In this document: positions 1 through 11,144 of the stretch, piece by piece
Layout of the letters: each line of letters begins with the position of its first letter
Position numbering within the stretch: position 1 is the stretch's first letter
Origin: an uncultured Marmoricola sp.
GTDB taxonomy: Bacteria > Actinomycetota > Actinomycetes > Propionibacteriales > Nocardioidaceae
Direction: 5' to 3'
NCBI GenBank assembly: GCA_943913695.1
Contig: CALTZE010000001.1
Location: 8,877-72,876, forward strand
DNA: 64,000 nucleotides
Made by a program: the position numbers and the translations under genes
The notes under the pieces: generated by a model
The model's database searches: none
What the model was told of the DNA's origin: nothing
Seen by the model: only the letters and a program-made list of their open reading frames with translations

Positions 1-725
1 GGGGGAGCGGGGCTGCCTGGGTGCTCGACTCGCTGCCGCGGATGCTCGGTGCCGACGACGACCCGTCGGGGTTCGTGCCGCCGGAGCCGCTCGCGCAGGC
101 GTGGCGACGCCACCAGCACTGGCGACTCGGCGCGACCGGACGGGTGATGGAGGCACTGCTGCCGGCGATCCTGGAGCAGAAGGTCACCGGGCAGGAGGCG
201 TTCGCGGGGTTCCGGAGGCTCGTGCACCGCTTCGGCGAGCGCGCGCCGGGCCCGCCCAGCGAGGCCGACCCGCCGGTGCGGCTGTGGGTGCAGCCCGACG
301 CCGCCCGGCTGCGGCAGGTGCCCTCGTGGGAGTGGCTCCGCGCCCACGTCGACGGCGCCCGCTCGCGCCCGGTGCAGCACGCGGCGCGGGTCGCGGCCTC
401 GCTGGAGCGCGCCGGTGCCGAGCCGCCGGAGGAGTTCGACAGGCGCCTGCGCACGCTGCCCGGCATCGGCGTGTGGACCAGCGCCGAGGTGCGCTCGCGC
501 GCGCTGGGGGACGCCGACGCGGTCAGCTTCGGCGACTACCACGTCGCCGCCAACGTCACCTACGTGCTCACGGGCAAGGTCGGCGACGACGACCTGATGG
601 CCGAGCTGCTGGCGCCGTACGCCGGCCACCGTCACCGCGTGCAGCGGCTCGTGGAGCTGGCCGGCCTGCATCGTCCGCGCCGCGGCCCCCGGATGCCGCC
701 GCGCCGCCACCTCCCTGTGAGGTAG
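1..725 (+). CDS. DNA-3-methyladenine glycosylase II / AlkA-like HhH-GPD protein (5' truncated by window)
   Basis: Frame is open to the window edge (GSGAAWVLDSLP...). Contains ILEQKVTG, HhH motif LPGIGVWT and downstream GDYH. Confidence 0.8.
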   Translation, partial: GSGAAWVLDSLPRMLGADDDPSGFVPPEPLAQAWRRHQHWRLGATGRVMEALLPAILEQKVTGQEAFAGFRRLVHRFGERAPGPPSEADPPVRLWVQPDAARLRQVPSWEWLRAHVDGARSRPVQHAARVAASLERAGAEPPEEFDRRLRTLPGIGVWTSAEVRSRALGDADAVSFGDYHVAANVTYVLTGKVGDDDLMAELLAPYAGHRHRVQRLVELAGLHRPRRGPRMPPRRHLPVR

Positions 726-738
726 CCGCCCGGCCGGG

Positions 739-1680
739 TCAGCGCCGTGGCTGGGGCGGTGACATCACGCCGTTGAAGGCGAGGGCGACGCCCTTGTCGC
801 CGCGCACCTTGAGCGCACCGGTGACCACGCCCTTGACCGGGTGCAGCTGACCGGTGGCCAGGCGCAGGAAGTCGGCGCCCTCGATGGTGATGGTGGCGTC
901 GCGGCGCTGACCCTCGGGCGCGTCGCGCTCCACCCGGCAGGCGCCGTCGGCCAGGTGCACGGTGAAGCGGTCGACCTCACCGTCGGGACGACCGGAGACG
1001 CGGAAGCCCACGACGGCGCGCAGGTCACCGGCCTTGCGCGGGTCGACGAAGTCGGGGAGCCGGCGGGTCACCTCCTCCAGCACGATCGGGCGGAAGCTAC
1101 CCGCCATCACCGAGCGCATGTGCTTGGCCGACGACCTGGCCACCGCGGTCGCCACGTCGACGGGATCGAGCGTGCGGGGGTCGACGGCGCGCTGGTCGCT
1201 GCCGGGGACGGTGAAGACGCACCCCACGTCGAGCGCGAGCAGCTCGTCGCCCTCGAGCGCGAGCCGGTCGGAGAGGTAGAGCAGGGCGGCGTTGGACTGC
1301 CCGGTGACCAGGCGCACGAAGTCGACGAGGTCGGCGCGGATGGTCACGTCGGGCGTGGCCTCGGGGGCCAGCGTGACCGTGCCGCCGGCGAACCGCGCGG
1401 TGTGGCACTCGCGGTCGCGTCGGCCCCTCGCCAGCTCGAAGCGCACCACGCCTTCGATGTCGCCCAGCCGCTCGGGGTCGGCGAAGGCGGGGAAGCGCTC
1501 GAGGATCGCCACGACGCCCTCGGCGCGGAAGTGGTCGAGGTCGAGTGCTGCCCGCAGCTCGTCGTCGGAGGCTTCGCGGATGGCGGCGGTGATCTCCACG
1601 ACGTCCCCGGTGCGCAGGTGCTCGCGCAGCTCCGGCTGGCTCAGCTGCCGCAGCCGCTGCATCTCGGTGGACACGTGCAC
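739..1680 (-). CDS. Tandem SCP2 sterol/lipid-binding domain protein
   Basis: Two repeats of SCP2-like C-terminal signatures (DFVRLVTGQ...LALEGD; DFLRLATGQL...GALKVRGD). Confidence 0.75.
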   Translation of the reverse strand: MHVSTEMQRLRQLSQPELREHLRTGDVVEITAAIREASDDELRAALDLDHFRAEGVVAILERFPAFADPERLGDIEGVVRFELARGRRDRECHTARFAGGTVTLAPEATPDVTIRADLVDFVRLVTGQSNAALLYLSDRLALEGDELLALDVGCVFTVPGSDQRAVDPRTLDPVDVATAVARSSAKHMRSVMAGSFRPIVLEEVTRRLPDFVDPRKAGDLRAVVGFRVSGRPDGEVDRFTVHLADGACRVERDAPEGQRRDATITIEGADFLRLATGQLHPVKGVVTGALKVRGDKGVALAFNGVMSPPQPRR

Positions 1681-1770
1681 ACCGTAGTGGCGGCGGTCAC
1701 ATCAGGGGTGGCCGGGACGCGCGTACGGCCGGGTTTTCGACCGAATCGCCCCCTGGGGCCCGGCGTGTCG

Positions 1771-1794
1771 CGGGCTTTTCGTACGAAAAGCCCG
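1771..1794. repeat. Perfect 24-bp palindrome CGGGCTTTTCGTACGAAAAGCCCG (REP-like or terminator hairpin)
   Basis: Self-complementary, read directly. Lies just past the ggt stop; a degenerate similar copy is at ~1730-1751. Confidence 0.7.
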
Positions 1795-1797
1795 GGC

Positions 1798-3570
1798 TCA
1801 CCGGCCCACCGCATACCCCTGCATCCCACGGGGGTTGGCGCCGGCGGAGAGCAGGCCGGTGGCGGGGTCGCGGGAGACGGCGCACATCCGCCCCAGCGCC
1901 CAGGGGCCGGCGTCCTGGACCAGGTGGCCGCGCTCGCGCAGGCCGCGGAGCACCTCGGGGGCGACGCGCGACTCGGTGACCAGTGAGCCGGGCTCCATGC
2001 CGCGCGGGTGGAAGGAGCCGGGGAAGCTGGTGGTGTGGAACATCGGGGCGTCGATCGCCTCCTGCAGCGAGCGTCCCTGCACCACGTGGCGCAGCAGGAA
2101 CAGCGACTGCCACTGGTCCTGCTGGTCGCCGCCGGGGGAGCCACACGCGAGCACGGGTACGCCGTCGCGCAGCGCCAGCGTGGGCGTCAGGGTGGTGCGG
2201 GGACGGGCGCCGGGCTCGAGGGAGGCGGGCAGGCCCTCGTCGAGCCAGAACATCTGCGAGCGGCTGCCGAGGCAGAAGCCGAGCTCCGGGATCACCGGCG
2301 AGCTCTGCAGCCAGCCGCCGCTCGGCGTGGCGGCCACGACGTTGCCCCAGCGGTCGACCACGTCGAGGTGGCAGGTGTCGCCGCGGGTCTCGCCGTCGCG
2401 CTGCACGGTCGGCTCGCCGGTGGTGCCGTCGGAGGACGGCGCCACGTGCTCGCCCGCGAGCAGCCGCTGCACGTGGGCGGAGAGCCGTGGCTCGCGGCCG
2501 CCGGGGGAGCCGGGCCGCACCCCGAGGTCGGCGGTGTCGCCGACCAGCGCCGCACGCTGGGCGACGTACGCCGGGTCGAGGAGCTCGCGGGCGGTGACGG
2601 GTGAGCGGTCGCCGAACCAGGCCTCGCGGTCGGCCATCGCCAGCTTCCAGCACTCCACCACCGCGTGCATGCCGGGCTCGCTGTCGGGATCGAGTGCCTC
2701 GGGGCCCAGCTCGTCGAGCATCGCGAGCACCTGCAGCAGCGCTGGCCCCTGCCCCCACAGGTCGGTCTTGGCGACCTCGAGTCCCTGCCAGGAGCCGACG
2801 ACCGCCGGCTCCCAGGTCGCGGAGAAGTCGGCGAGGTCCTGGCCGGTCACGAGCCCGGGCAGCACCTGTCCGCCGGAGTGCCGCCACTCGCGCGCCTGGA
2901 AGGCGTCGACCGCCTCGGCCACGAACCCCTGCGACCAGGCGCGCCGGGCCGACTCGGGGTCGCCGGCCGCGGCGAGCCGCTCCAGCACCGCGGCGTACGC
3001 CGGGTTGGTCACCAGCTCTCCGGCGCGCGGCAGCCGCCCGCCGGGCAGCCAGACCTCCGCCGAGGTCGGCCAGTGGTCGGTGAAGAGGTCGCGCACCCGC
3101 GCGATCGTGTCGACGACGCGGCCCAGCACCGGGTGACCGTCGCGGGCGTACGCCGTCGCGGGCTCGAGCACGGTGGCCAGCGGGAGGGTCCCGTGGTCGC
3201 GCAGGAGCAGCAGCCAGGCGTCGACGGCCCCGGGCACGGCCGCCGCCACGACGCCGGAGCCCGGCACGTGGTCGAGGCCCATGGCGGCGAACGCCTCGCG
3301 CGACGCGCCCGCCGGGGCGGGCCCCTGCCCGCACAGCACCCGCGGCGTCGGGTCCGTGGCGGTCGCGACGATCGCGGGCAGGTCGCCGCCCGGTCCGTTG
3401 AGGTGGGGCTCGACGACGTGTAGCACGAAGCCGCCGGCGACGGCGGCGTCGAAGGCGTTGCCGCCCAGCTCCAGCATCCGCATGGCCGCCTGCGAGGCCA
3501 GCCAGTGTGTGGAGGAGACCATCCCGAAGGTGCCGGTCAGCGTCGGCCTGGTGGTGAAGTCCGAGAGCAT
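1798..3570 (-). CDS. ggt: Gamma-glutamyltransferase family protein
   Basis: GGNAFDAAVA, autocatalytic GDTCHLDVVD (Thr nucleophile), RPRTTLTP, GSPGGDQQ. TAGGCT -10 box 6 nt before the ATG. Confidence 0.9.
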   Translation of the reverse strand: MLSDFTTRPTLTGTFGMVSSTHWLASQAAMRMLELGGNAFDAAVAGGFVLHVVEPHLNGPGGDLPAIVATATDPTPRVLCGQGPAPAGASREAFAAMGLDHVPGSGVVAAAVPGAVDAWLLLLRDHGTLPLATVLEPATAYARDGHPVLGRVVDTIARVRDLFTDHWPTSAEVWLPGGRLPRAGELVTNPAYAAVLERLAAAGDPESARRAWSQGFVAEAVDAFQAREWRHSGGQVLPGLVTGQDLADFSATWEPAVVGSWQGLEVAKTDLWGQGPALLQVLAMLDELGPEALDPDSEPGMHAVVECWKLAMADREAWFGDRSPVTARELLDPAYVAQRAALVGDTADLGVRPGSPGGREPRLSAHVQRLLAGEHVAPSSDGTTGEPTVQRDGETRGDTCHLDVVDRWGNVVAATPSGGWLQSSPVIPELGFCLGSRSQMFWLDEGLPASLEPGARPRTTLTPTLALRDGVPVLACGSPGGDQQDQWQSLFLLRHVVQGRSLQEAIDAPMFHTTSFPGSFHPRGMEPGSLVTESRVAPEVLRGLRERGHLVQDAGPWALGRMCAVSRDPATGLLSAGANPRGMQGYAVGR

Positions 3571-3647
3571 CCGGCGAGCCTAGCCACGGCGCTGCGAGGC
3601 GCAGCGGTCGCTGGACAGGCTCGGCCGCTCCCGGCAGGCTCGCCCCC

Positions 3648-5297
<1,650 letters not shown>

Positions 5298-5321
5298 CCC
5301 GCGGCCGTGTGACCGACGGCC

Positions 5322-5789
5322 TCAGTCCGACCCGAGCCCGTAGTCGTAGGTCAGCTTCTCGGTGCTCAGGTAGAGGTAGGTGTGCACCCGCGAGATCCCC
5401 GCGATCGGCTTGACCTTGCGCGTGAGCACCTCGAGCAGGTGGGCGTCGCTGATGCCGATCACCTCGCACAGCAGGTCGAAGGCACCCTCGACGCGCACCA
5501 GGTAGTGCACGTCGGGGACCTCCGCGACGGCCCGGGTGGTGGCGTCGCGCTCCTCCTCGGTCAGGTCCGGGTCGAAGGTGATGCCGAGCATCGCCTCGCG
5601 CGCGAAGCCGATCATGAGCGGGTCGGTGACGACGGTGAAGCTGACGACCCCGTCGGCGACGAGGCGGTCGACGCGGCGTACGACGTCGTCCTCGTCGAGC
5701 CCGAGCTCGGCGGCGATCTCGGCGTAGGGTCGTCGCGCGTCTCGCTGCAGGAGCCGCAGGATGCGCCGGCTCTGGTCGTCGAGCGCCAC
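5322..5789 (-). CDS. Lrp/AsnC family regulator (copy 3)
   Basis: GTG at 5789: VALDDQSRRILRLLQRDARRPYAEIA (HTH), then TDPL..GF RAM domain. Confidence 0.85.
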   Translation of the reverse strand: MALDDQSRRILRLLQRDARRPYAEIAAELGLDEDDVVRRVDRLVADGVVSFTVVTDPLMIGFAREAMLGITFDPDLTEEERDATTRAVAEVPDVHYLVRVEGAFDLLCEVIGISDAHLLEVLTRKVKPIAGISRVHTYLYLSTEKLTYDYGLGSD

Positions 5790-5791
5790 GG

Positions 5792-6232
5792 CTACCGCGT
5801 GCCCCAGGTGTAGACCTGCTTCTCCAGCTCCAGGTAGAGGAAGGTGTGGATCGAGACCACGCCCGTCAGCGGCTTGATCCGGGCCACGATCTCCAGCAGG
5901 TGGGCGTCGCTGTTGCCGATCACCTCGGAGATGATCTCGAAGCCCCCGGCCGTGAGCACGACGTAGACGACCTCGTCGATCTCCGCGAGCTGCGCCGCGA
6001 CCTCCTTGACGCGGTCGAGCTCGACGCGCAGGCCGAGCATCGCCTGCCGGGCGAACCCCAGCTGGAGGGGGTCGGTGACGGCCGTGATCTGGATGACGCC
6101 AGCGTCGGTGAGGCGGCGTACGCGCTCGACGACCTCCGCCTCGGGGATCCCGACCTCGTCGGCGATCTCGGCGTAGGGGCGACGGCCGTCGAGCTGGAGC
6201 AGGCCGATGATCTTCTTGGTGGCGGGATCCAT
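5792..6232 (-). CDS. Lrp/AsnC family regulator (copy 2; start may lie further upstream)
   Basis: IIGLLQLDGRRPYAEIA...AVTDPLQLGFARQAM. Confidence 0.88.
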   Translation of the reverse strand: MDPATKKIIGLLQLDGRRPYAEIADEVGIPEAEVVERVRRLTDAGVIQITAVTDPLQLGFARQAMLGLRVELDRVKEVAAQLAEIDEVVYVVLTAGGFEIISEVIGNSDAHLLEIVARIKPLTGVVSIHTFLYLELEKQVYTWGTR

Positions 6233-6349
6233 CTCGGCGGGCCGCGGACGTGTGGAGTGGCGAGGCAGGGGACGTCCCTCTGACGCCCGCTCGCCCTTGA
6301 TCACGCAGCCGATCCTCGCATGTCGCACCCCACGGGGAGGCGGAGTCGC

Positions 6350-6826
6350 TCAGCGCACTCCCCAGCTGTAGGTCTGCTTGGCCAGCTTGAGATACATGAA
6401 CGTCTCGGTCGTGCGTACGCCGTCCACGGCGCGGATCCGGCCAGCGACGAGGTCGAGGAGCTCCTCGTCGCTGGTGCTCACCACCTCGCACAGCACGTCG
6501 TAGCCACCGGCCGTCATCACGACGTAGATGACCTCCTCCATCGCGGCCAGGGCGTCGGCGACCGGCTCGACGGCCCCGTCGACGTGCACGCCGACCATCG
6601 CCTGGCGCCCGAAGCCGAGCTGGAGCGGGTCGGTGACGGCGACGATCTGCATCACCCCGGCCTCGGTCAGGCGCTGCACCCGCTGCCGCACGGCCGCCTC
6701 GGAGAGCCCGACGACCTTCCCGATGGCGGCATAGGAGCGCCGGCCGTCCTGCTGCAGCTGCTCGATGATCGACTTGGAGAGGGCGTCGATCAGGACGCTC
6801 GACCTGCCGGCCGCCTTCTCGCTCAT
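6350..6826 (-). CDS. Lrp/AsnC family regulator (copy 1), divergent from potD
   Basis: IIEQLQQDGRRSYAAIGKVVGLSEAAVRQRV...AVTDPLQLGF. Confidence 0.92.
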   Translation of the reverse strand: MSEKAAGRSSVLIDALSKSIIEQLQQDGRRSYAAIGKVVGLSEAAVRQRVQRLTEAGVMQIVAVTDPLQLGFGRQAMVGVHVDGAVEPVADALAAMEEVIYVVMTAGGYDVLCEVVSTSDEELLDLVAGRIRAVDGVRTTETFMYLKLAKQTYSWGVR

Positions 6827-7002
6827 GGCGTCATGGTGTCCGGCGGGGGGCTGACGTGGCAAGCGGTCTACTCCGCATTTCGCAGCTGTGCAGCGCCGAA
6901 CGTGACGTTTTCGTGCCGATCCTGTGACATGGCAACGGTTTCCCTTGCCTTCGGGCACTGTGTCGTGTTTCTCTCCTGCCCCTGAGGTATCTGGAGGTGG
7001 GT

Positions 7003-8226
7003 GTGGCGGGCGTGTCGTCTGGCTCCGGTGGTGGCCGCGCCACCCGTCGCAGCCCGGGTGCGTCGCGGCGTACCTTCCTCAAGGGGGCGGGCGTCGGCGC
7101 CTTCGCCCTCGGCAGCGCGGCGGTGCTGCCGCTCTTCGGCTCGGCCAGCGCGGTGCAGGACCCCGAGACCTGCCGGGCCGAGGACATCTCGGCGCAGTCC
7201 AAGCGGCTGGTGATCTCCAACTGGCCGGCCTACATCGACGTCGCCGAGGCCGGTGACAACGACTACGTCACGACGATGCAGGAGTTCGAGAGGCGCACCG
7301 GCATCGACGTCGACTACACCGACGACGTCAACGACAACGCGGAGTTCTTCGCCCGGGTGCGCAACCAGCTCGGGGCCTGCCAGCCCATCGACCGCGACAT
7401 GATGATGCTGACTGACTGGATGGCGGCGCGCATGATCGGGCTCGGCTGGGTGCAGCCGATCTCCGCCGACGCGGTGCCCAACCTCCACGCCAACCTGATC
7501 GAGCCGCTGCGCGGCCGGCAGTGGGACCCCGACCGCGGCTTCTCGGCGCCCTGGCAGAGCGGCCTGACCGGCATCGCCTACAACGCCCGGCTCACCGGCG
7601 AGGTGGGCAGCTTCAAGGAGCTGATGGAGCGCGACGACCTGCGCGGCCGCATCACGCTGCTCTCGGAGATGCGCGACACGATGGCCTTCATGATCAAGGT
7701 CACCGGCGGTGACCCCGACGACTTCACCGACGACGAGTGGTACGACGCGATCGACTACCTGCGCTCGCGGGTGCGGGCCGGCCAGGTCCGTGCCTTCACC
7801 GGCAACGAGTACATCCAGGACCTCACGGCCGGCAACATCATGGCCTGCGAGGCCTGGTCGGGCGACGTGATCCAGGCGCAGTTCGACAACCCCGACATCA
7901 AGTTCGTGGTGCCCGAGGAGGGCCTCAACCTCTGGAGCGACAACATGCTGGTGCCCAACAAGGCCCAGCACCTCGCCAACGCCGAGAAGTGGATCGACTA
8001 CTACTACGAGCCGGCGGTGGCCGCCAAGCTCGCGGCCTGGGTCAACTACATCTGTCCCGTCGAGGGGGCACGCGAGGAGATGGAGAAGATCGACCCGTCG
8101 CTGGTCGACAACTTCTTGATCTTCCCCAGCGAGGACGACCTCGCCGACACCTTCGACTTCATGGCCCTCGACGAAGCCCAGAACCGTCAGTTCGAAGGAG
8201 ATTGGTCGGATGTCACAAGTGGCTGA
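7003..8226 (+). CDS. potD: Spermidine/putrescine ABC substrate-binding protein with Tat signal
   Basis: GGAGG upstream of the GTG; SRRTFLKG twin-arginine motif; SNWPAYID, AWSGD, PEEG..LWSDNM. Confidence 0.85.
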   Translation: MAGVSSGSGGGRATRRSPGASRRTFLKGAGVGAFALGSAAVLPLFGSASAVQDPETCRAEDISAQSKRLVISNWPAYIDVAEAGDNDYVTTMQEFERRTGIDVDYTDDVNDNAEFFARVRNQLGACQPIDRDMMMLTDWMAARMIGLGWVQPISADAVPNLHANLIEPLRGRQWDPDRGFSAPWQSGLTGIAYNARLTGEVGSFKELMERDDLRGRITLLSEMRDTMAFMIKVTGGDPDDFTDDEWYDAIDYLRSRVRAGQVRAFTGNEYIQDLTAGNIMACEAWSGDVIQAQFDNPDIKFVVPEEGLNLWSDNMLVPNKAQHLANAEKWIDYYYEPAVAAKLAAWVNYICPVEGAREEMEKIDPSLVDNFLIFPSEDDLADTFDFMALDEAQNRQFEGDWSDVTSG

Positions 8227-9412
8227 GACGTCCGGGGCGCCGGACGCCGCACCGTCCGCCGGCACCCCGGGCACCCAGGGCGACGCGGGCGCGAGCCTGC
8301 GGATCCGCAACCTCCGCAAGGAGTTCGCCGCCTTCACCGCGGTGCACGACCTCGACCTCGACATCCCCAGCGGCTCGTTCTTCGCCCTCCTCGGCCCGTC
8401 CGGGTGCGGCAAGACCACCACGCTGCGGATGGTCGCGGGGCTGGAGGTGCCGACCTCGGGCTCGATCACCCTGGGCGACCGCGACATCACGTGGGCCAAG
8501 CCCTACCAGCGCCCGGTCAACACCGTCTTCCAGAACTACGCGCTCTTCCCGCACCTCGACATCTACGAGAACATCGCCTTCGGCCTGCGCCGCCGCAAGC
8601 GCAAGGACGTCGACCGCGAGGTCGAGGCGATGCTCGAGCTGGTGGAGCTGACCTCGCAGGCCCGCAAGAAGCCCGCCCAGCTCTCCGGTGGTCAGCAGCA
8701 GCGGGTGGCGCTGGCCCGCGCGATCATCAACCGCCCCGAGGTGCTGCTGCTCGACGAGCCGCTCGGCGCGCTCGACCTCAAGCTGCGCCGCTCGATGCAG
8801 ATCGAGATCAAGCGGATCCAGGTCGAGGTGGGCCTCACCTTCGTGCACGTCACCCACGACCAGGAGGAGGCCATGACGATGGCCGACACCATCGCGGTGA
8901 TGAACGCCGGCCGCATCGAGCAGATGGGCGCCCCCTCCGAGCTCTACGAGAACCCCCGCACCACCTTCGTGGCCAACTTCCTGGGACAGTCCAACCTCAT
9001 CGAGGGCACCGTGCGGGGCCGTGACGGCGACGACGTGCTGGTCGACATGCAGGGCACGACCGTGACCATCCCCGGGGCGCGCGCCCACGTCTCGGGCGGC
9101 CAGGGCGAGCTCGGCTGGGTCGGCATCCGGCCCGAGAAGGTGCTGGTGGCCGAGGAGGGCGAGGTCATCGACGCCCCCGGCAACAGCATCACCGGCGGGG
9201 TGGTCAGCGACGTCTCCTTCGTCGGGGTCAGCACGCAGTACCTCGTGCGGATGCCGTGGGGCCAGGAGCTGATGGTCTTCGAGCAGAACACCGGCCGGCG
9301 CCGGCTCTTCCGCGCGGGGGAGCGGGTCGACCTGTCCTGGCGCCCCGAGTACGCCTTCCTGCTCGACCACAGCCAGGACCGCACCGCCGGACGTGACCAG
9401 GGCTCCGACTGA
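8210..9412 (+). CDS. potA: Polyamine ABC ATP-binding protein
   Basis: GPSGCGKT, VFQNYALFPHL, LSGGQQQRVALARA, LLDEPLGALDLKLR. Confidence 0.92.
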   Translation: MSQVAETSGAPDAAPSAGTPGTQGDAGASLRIRNLRKEFAAFTAVHDLDLDIPSGSFFALLGPSGCGKTTTLRMVAGLEVPTSGSITLGDRDITWAKPYQRPVNTVFQNYALFPHLDIYENIAFGLRRRKRKDVDREVEAMLELVELTSQARKKPAQLSGGQQQRVALARAIINRPEVLLLDEPLGALDLKLRRSMQIEIKRIQVEVGLTFVHVTHDQEEAMTMADTIAVMNAGRIEQMGAPSELYENPRTTFVANFLGQSNLIEGTVRGRDGDDVLVDMQGTTVTIPGARAHVSGGQGELGWVGIRPEKVLVAEEGEVIDAPGNSITGGVVSDVSFVGVSTQYLVRMPWGQELMVFEQNTGRRRLFRAGERVDLSWRPEYAFLLDHSQDRTAGRDQGSD

Positions 9413-10326
9413 TGACCGCCGTCGTCGACCCACCCACCGCGCGGGGCCCGGCCCCGGACCCGGCGCCGCCGCCGCGCACCGAGCGTCGCAAGCTCACGGC
9501 CTACTGGTTGCTGCTGCCGGGCGGCCTGTGGCTGGCGGTCTTCTTCGTGGTGCCCTTCTACTCGCTGGTCGCCACGAGCCTCTACGACCCCGAGGGCTCG
9601 ATCCTCACCGGCTACGACATGGCGTGGGCCTTCGGCAACTACGTCACCGCACTGCAGGACTACTGGCCGCCGCTCTTCCGCGCGCTCTGGTACGGCGCGG
9701 TGGCGACGCTGCTGTGCCTCGTGCTCGGCTACGTCCTGGCCTACGCGATCGCCTTCAAGGCCGGGCGCTGGAAGAACCTGATGCTGGTGCTGGTGATCGC
9801 GCCGTTCTTCACCAGCTTCCTGGTGCGCACGCTGTCGTGGAAGCTGCTGCTGGGCGACGAGGGCGTCATCGTCAGCACCCTGCAGTTCCTCAACATCCTC
9901 GGTGACGACGGGCGGCTGCTCGCGACTCCCTTCGCCGTGATCGCCGGCCTGACCTACAACTTCCTGCCCTTCATGGTGCTGCCGCTCTTCGCCAGCCTCG
10001 ACAAGATCGACCACCGGCTGATCGAGGCCTCCCAGGATCTCTACGCCCGGCCCATCGTCGGCTTCTTCAAGGTCACCTGGCCGCTCTCGCTGCCGGGCGT
10101 CGTCTCCGGCACCCTGCTGTGCTTCATCCCGGCGGTGGGCGACTACATCAACGCCCAGCTGCTCGGCAACACCCAGACCCGGGTCATCGGCGCCGTGATC
10201 CAGTCGCTGTTCACCGACGCCAACGACTTCGCCATCGCCGGCGCGCTGTCGATGATCCTGATGATCATGATCCTGGTGATGGTGCTGCTCTACGTGCGTC
10301 GCGCAGGGACGGAGGACCTGTTGTGA
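9412..10326 (+). CDS. potB: Polyamine ABC permease
   Basis: Hydrophobic; LPFMVLPL and EAA loop IEASQDL; start overlaps the previous stop. Confidence 0.88.
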   Translation: MTAVVDPPTARGPAPDPAPPPRTERRKLTAYWLLLPGGLWLAVFFVVPFYSLVATSLYDPEGSILTGYDMAWAFGNYVTALQDYWPPLFRALWYGAVATLLCLVLGYVLAYAIAFKAGRWKNLMLVLVIAPFFTSFLVRTLSWKLLLGDEGVIVSTLQFLNILGDDGRLLATPFAVIAGLTYNFLPFMVLPLFASLDKIDHRLIEASQDLYARPIVGFFKVTWPLSLPGVVSGTLLCFIPAVGDYINAQLLGNTQTRVIGAVIQSLFTDANDFAIAGALSMILMIMILVMVLLYVRRAGTEDLL

Positions 10327-11144
10327 GCGGTCTCCAGCGCGTGGGCCGGTGGATCGGCTCCCACCTCGTCCTCTTCGGCGGCATGCTCGTGCTGCTCTAC
10401 ATGTTCATCCCGATCTTCGTGGTCGTCCTGATGAGCTTCAACAAGCCGAAGAGCCGCCTGGTCTACCGCTTCGACGCCTTCACGCTGCAGAACTGGCTCA
10501 ACCCCTGCGCCGACGGCGCCATGTGCTCGGCAGTGGCACGCAGCATCCAGATCGGCCTGCTCGCCACGCTCGTCGCGACCGTGCTCGGCACGATGATGGC
10601 CTTCGCGCTGGTGCGGCACCGCTTCGTCGGCCGCTCGGTCGCCAACCTGGCGATCTTCCTGCCGATGGCGAGCCCCGAGATCGTGCTCGGCTCCTCGCTG
10701 CTGGCGCTCTTCGTCTCCGCCGGCTTCGCCGGACAGCTGGGGTTCTGGACGATCCTGATCGCCCACATCATGTTCTGCCTGTCCTTCGTGGTGATCACCG
10801 TGCGCGCCCGGCTCGCGGGGCTCGACACCAACCTGGAGCAGGCGGCGATGGACCTCTATGCCAACGAGCGGCAGACCTTCCTGCGGGTCACCTTCCCGCT
10901 GGTCTTCCCCGGCATCCTCGGCGCCGCGCTCCTCGCCTTCTCGCTGTCCTTCGACGACTTCATCATCACCAACCTCAACGCCGGCAACACCACCACGTTC
11001 CCGATGTACGTCTGGGGCGTCTCGCAGCGCGGCGTGCCGATGCAGGTCAACGTCGTCGGCACGGTGATGTTCGTGATCTCGGTGGCCATCGTGCTGGCCG
11101 TCGAGCTCAACCGTCGACGGCAGGAGAAGGCGCTGGCCCGATGA
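10323..11144 (+). CDS. potC: Polyamine ABC permease
   Basis: GTGA overlap; LEQAAMDL, FSLSFDDF. Confidence 0.88.
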   Translation: MSGLQRVGRWIGSHLVLFGGMLVLLYMFIPIFVVVLMSFNKPKSRLVYRFDAFTLQNWLNPCADGAMCSAVARSIQIGLLATLVATVLGTMMAFALVRHRFVGRSVANLAIFLPMASPEIVLGSSLLALFVSAGFAGQLGFWTILIAHIMFCLSFVVITVRARLAGLDTNLEQAAMDLYANERQTFLRVTFPLVFPGILGAALLAFSLSFDDFIITNLNAGNTTTFPMYVWGVSQRGVPMQVNVVGTVMFVISVAIVLAVELNRRRQEKALAR

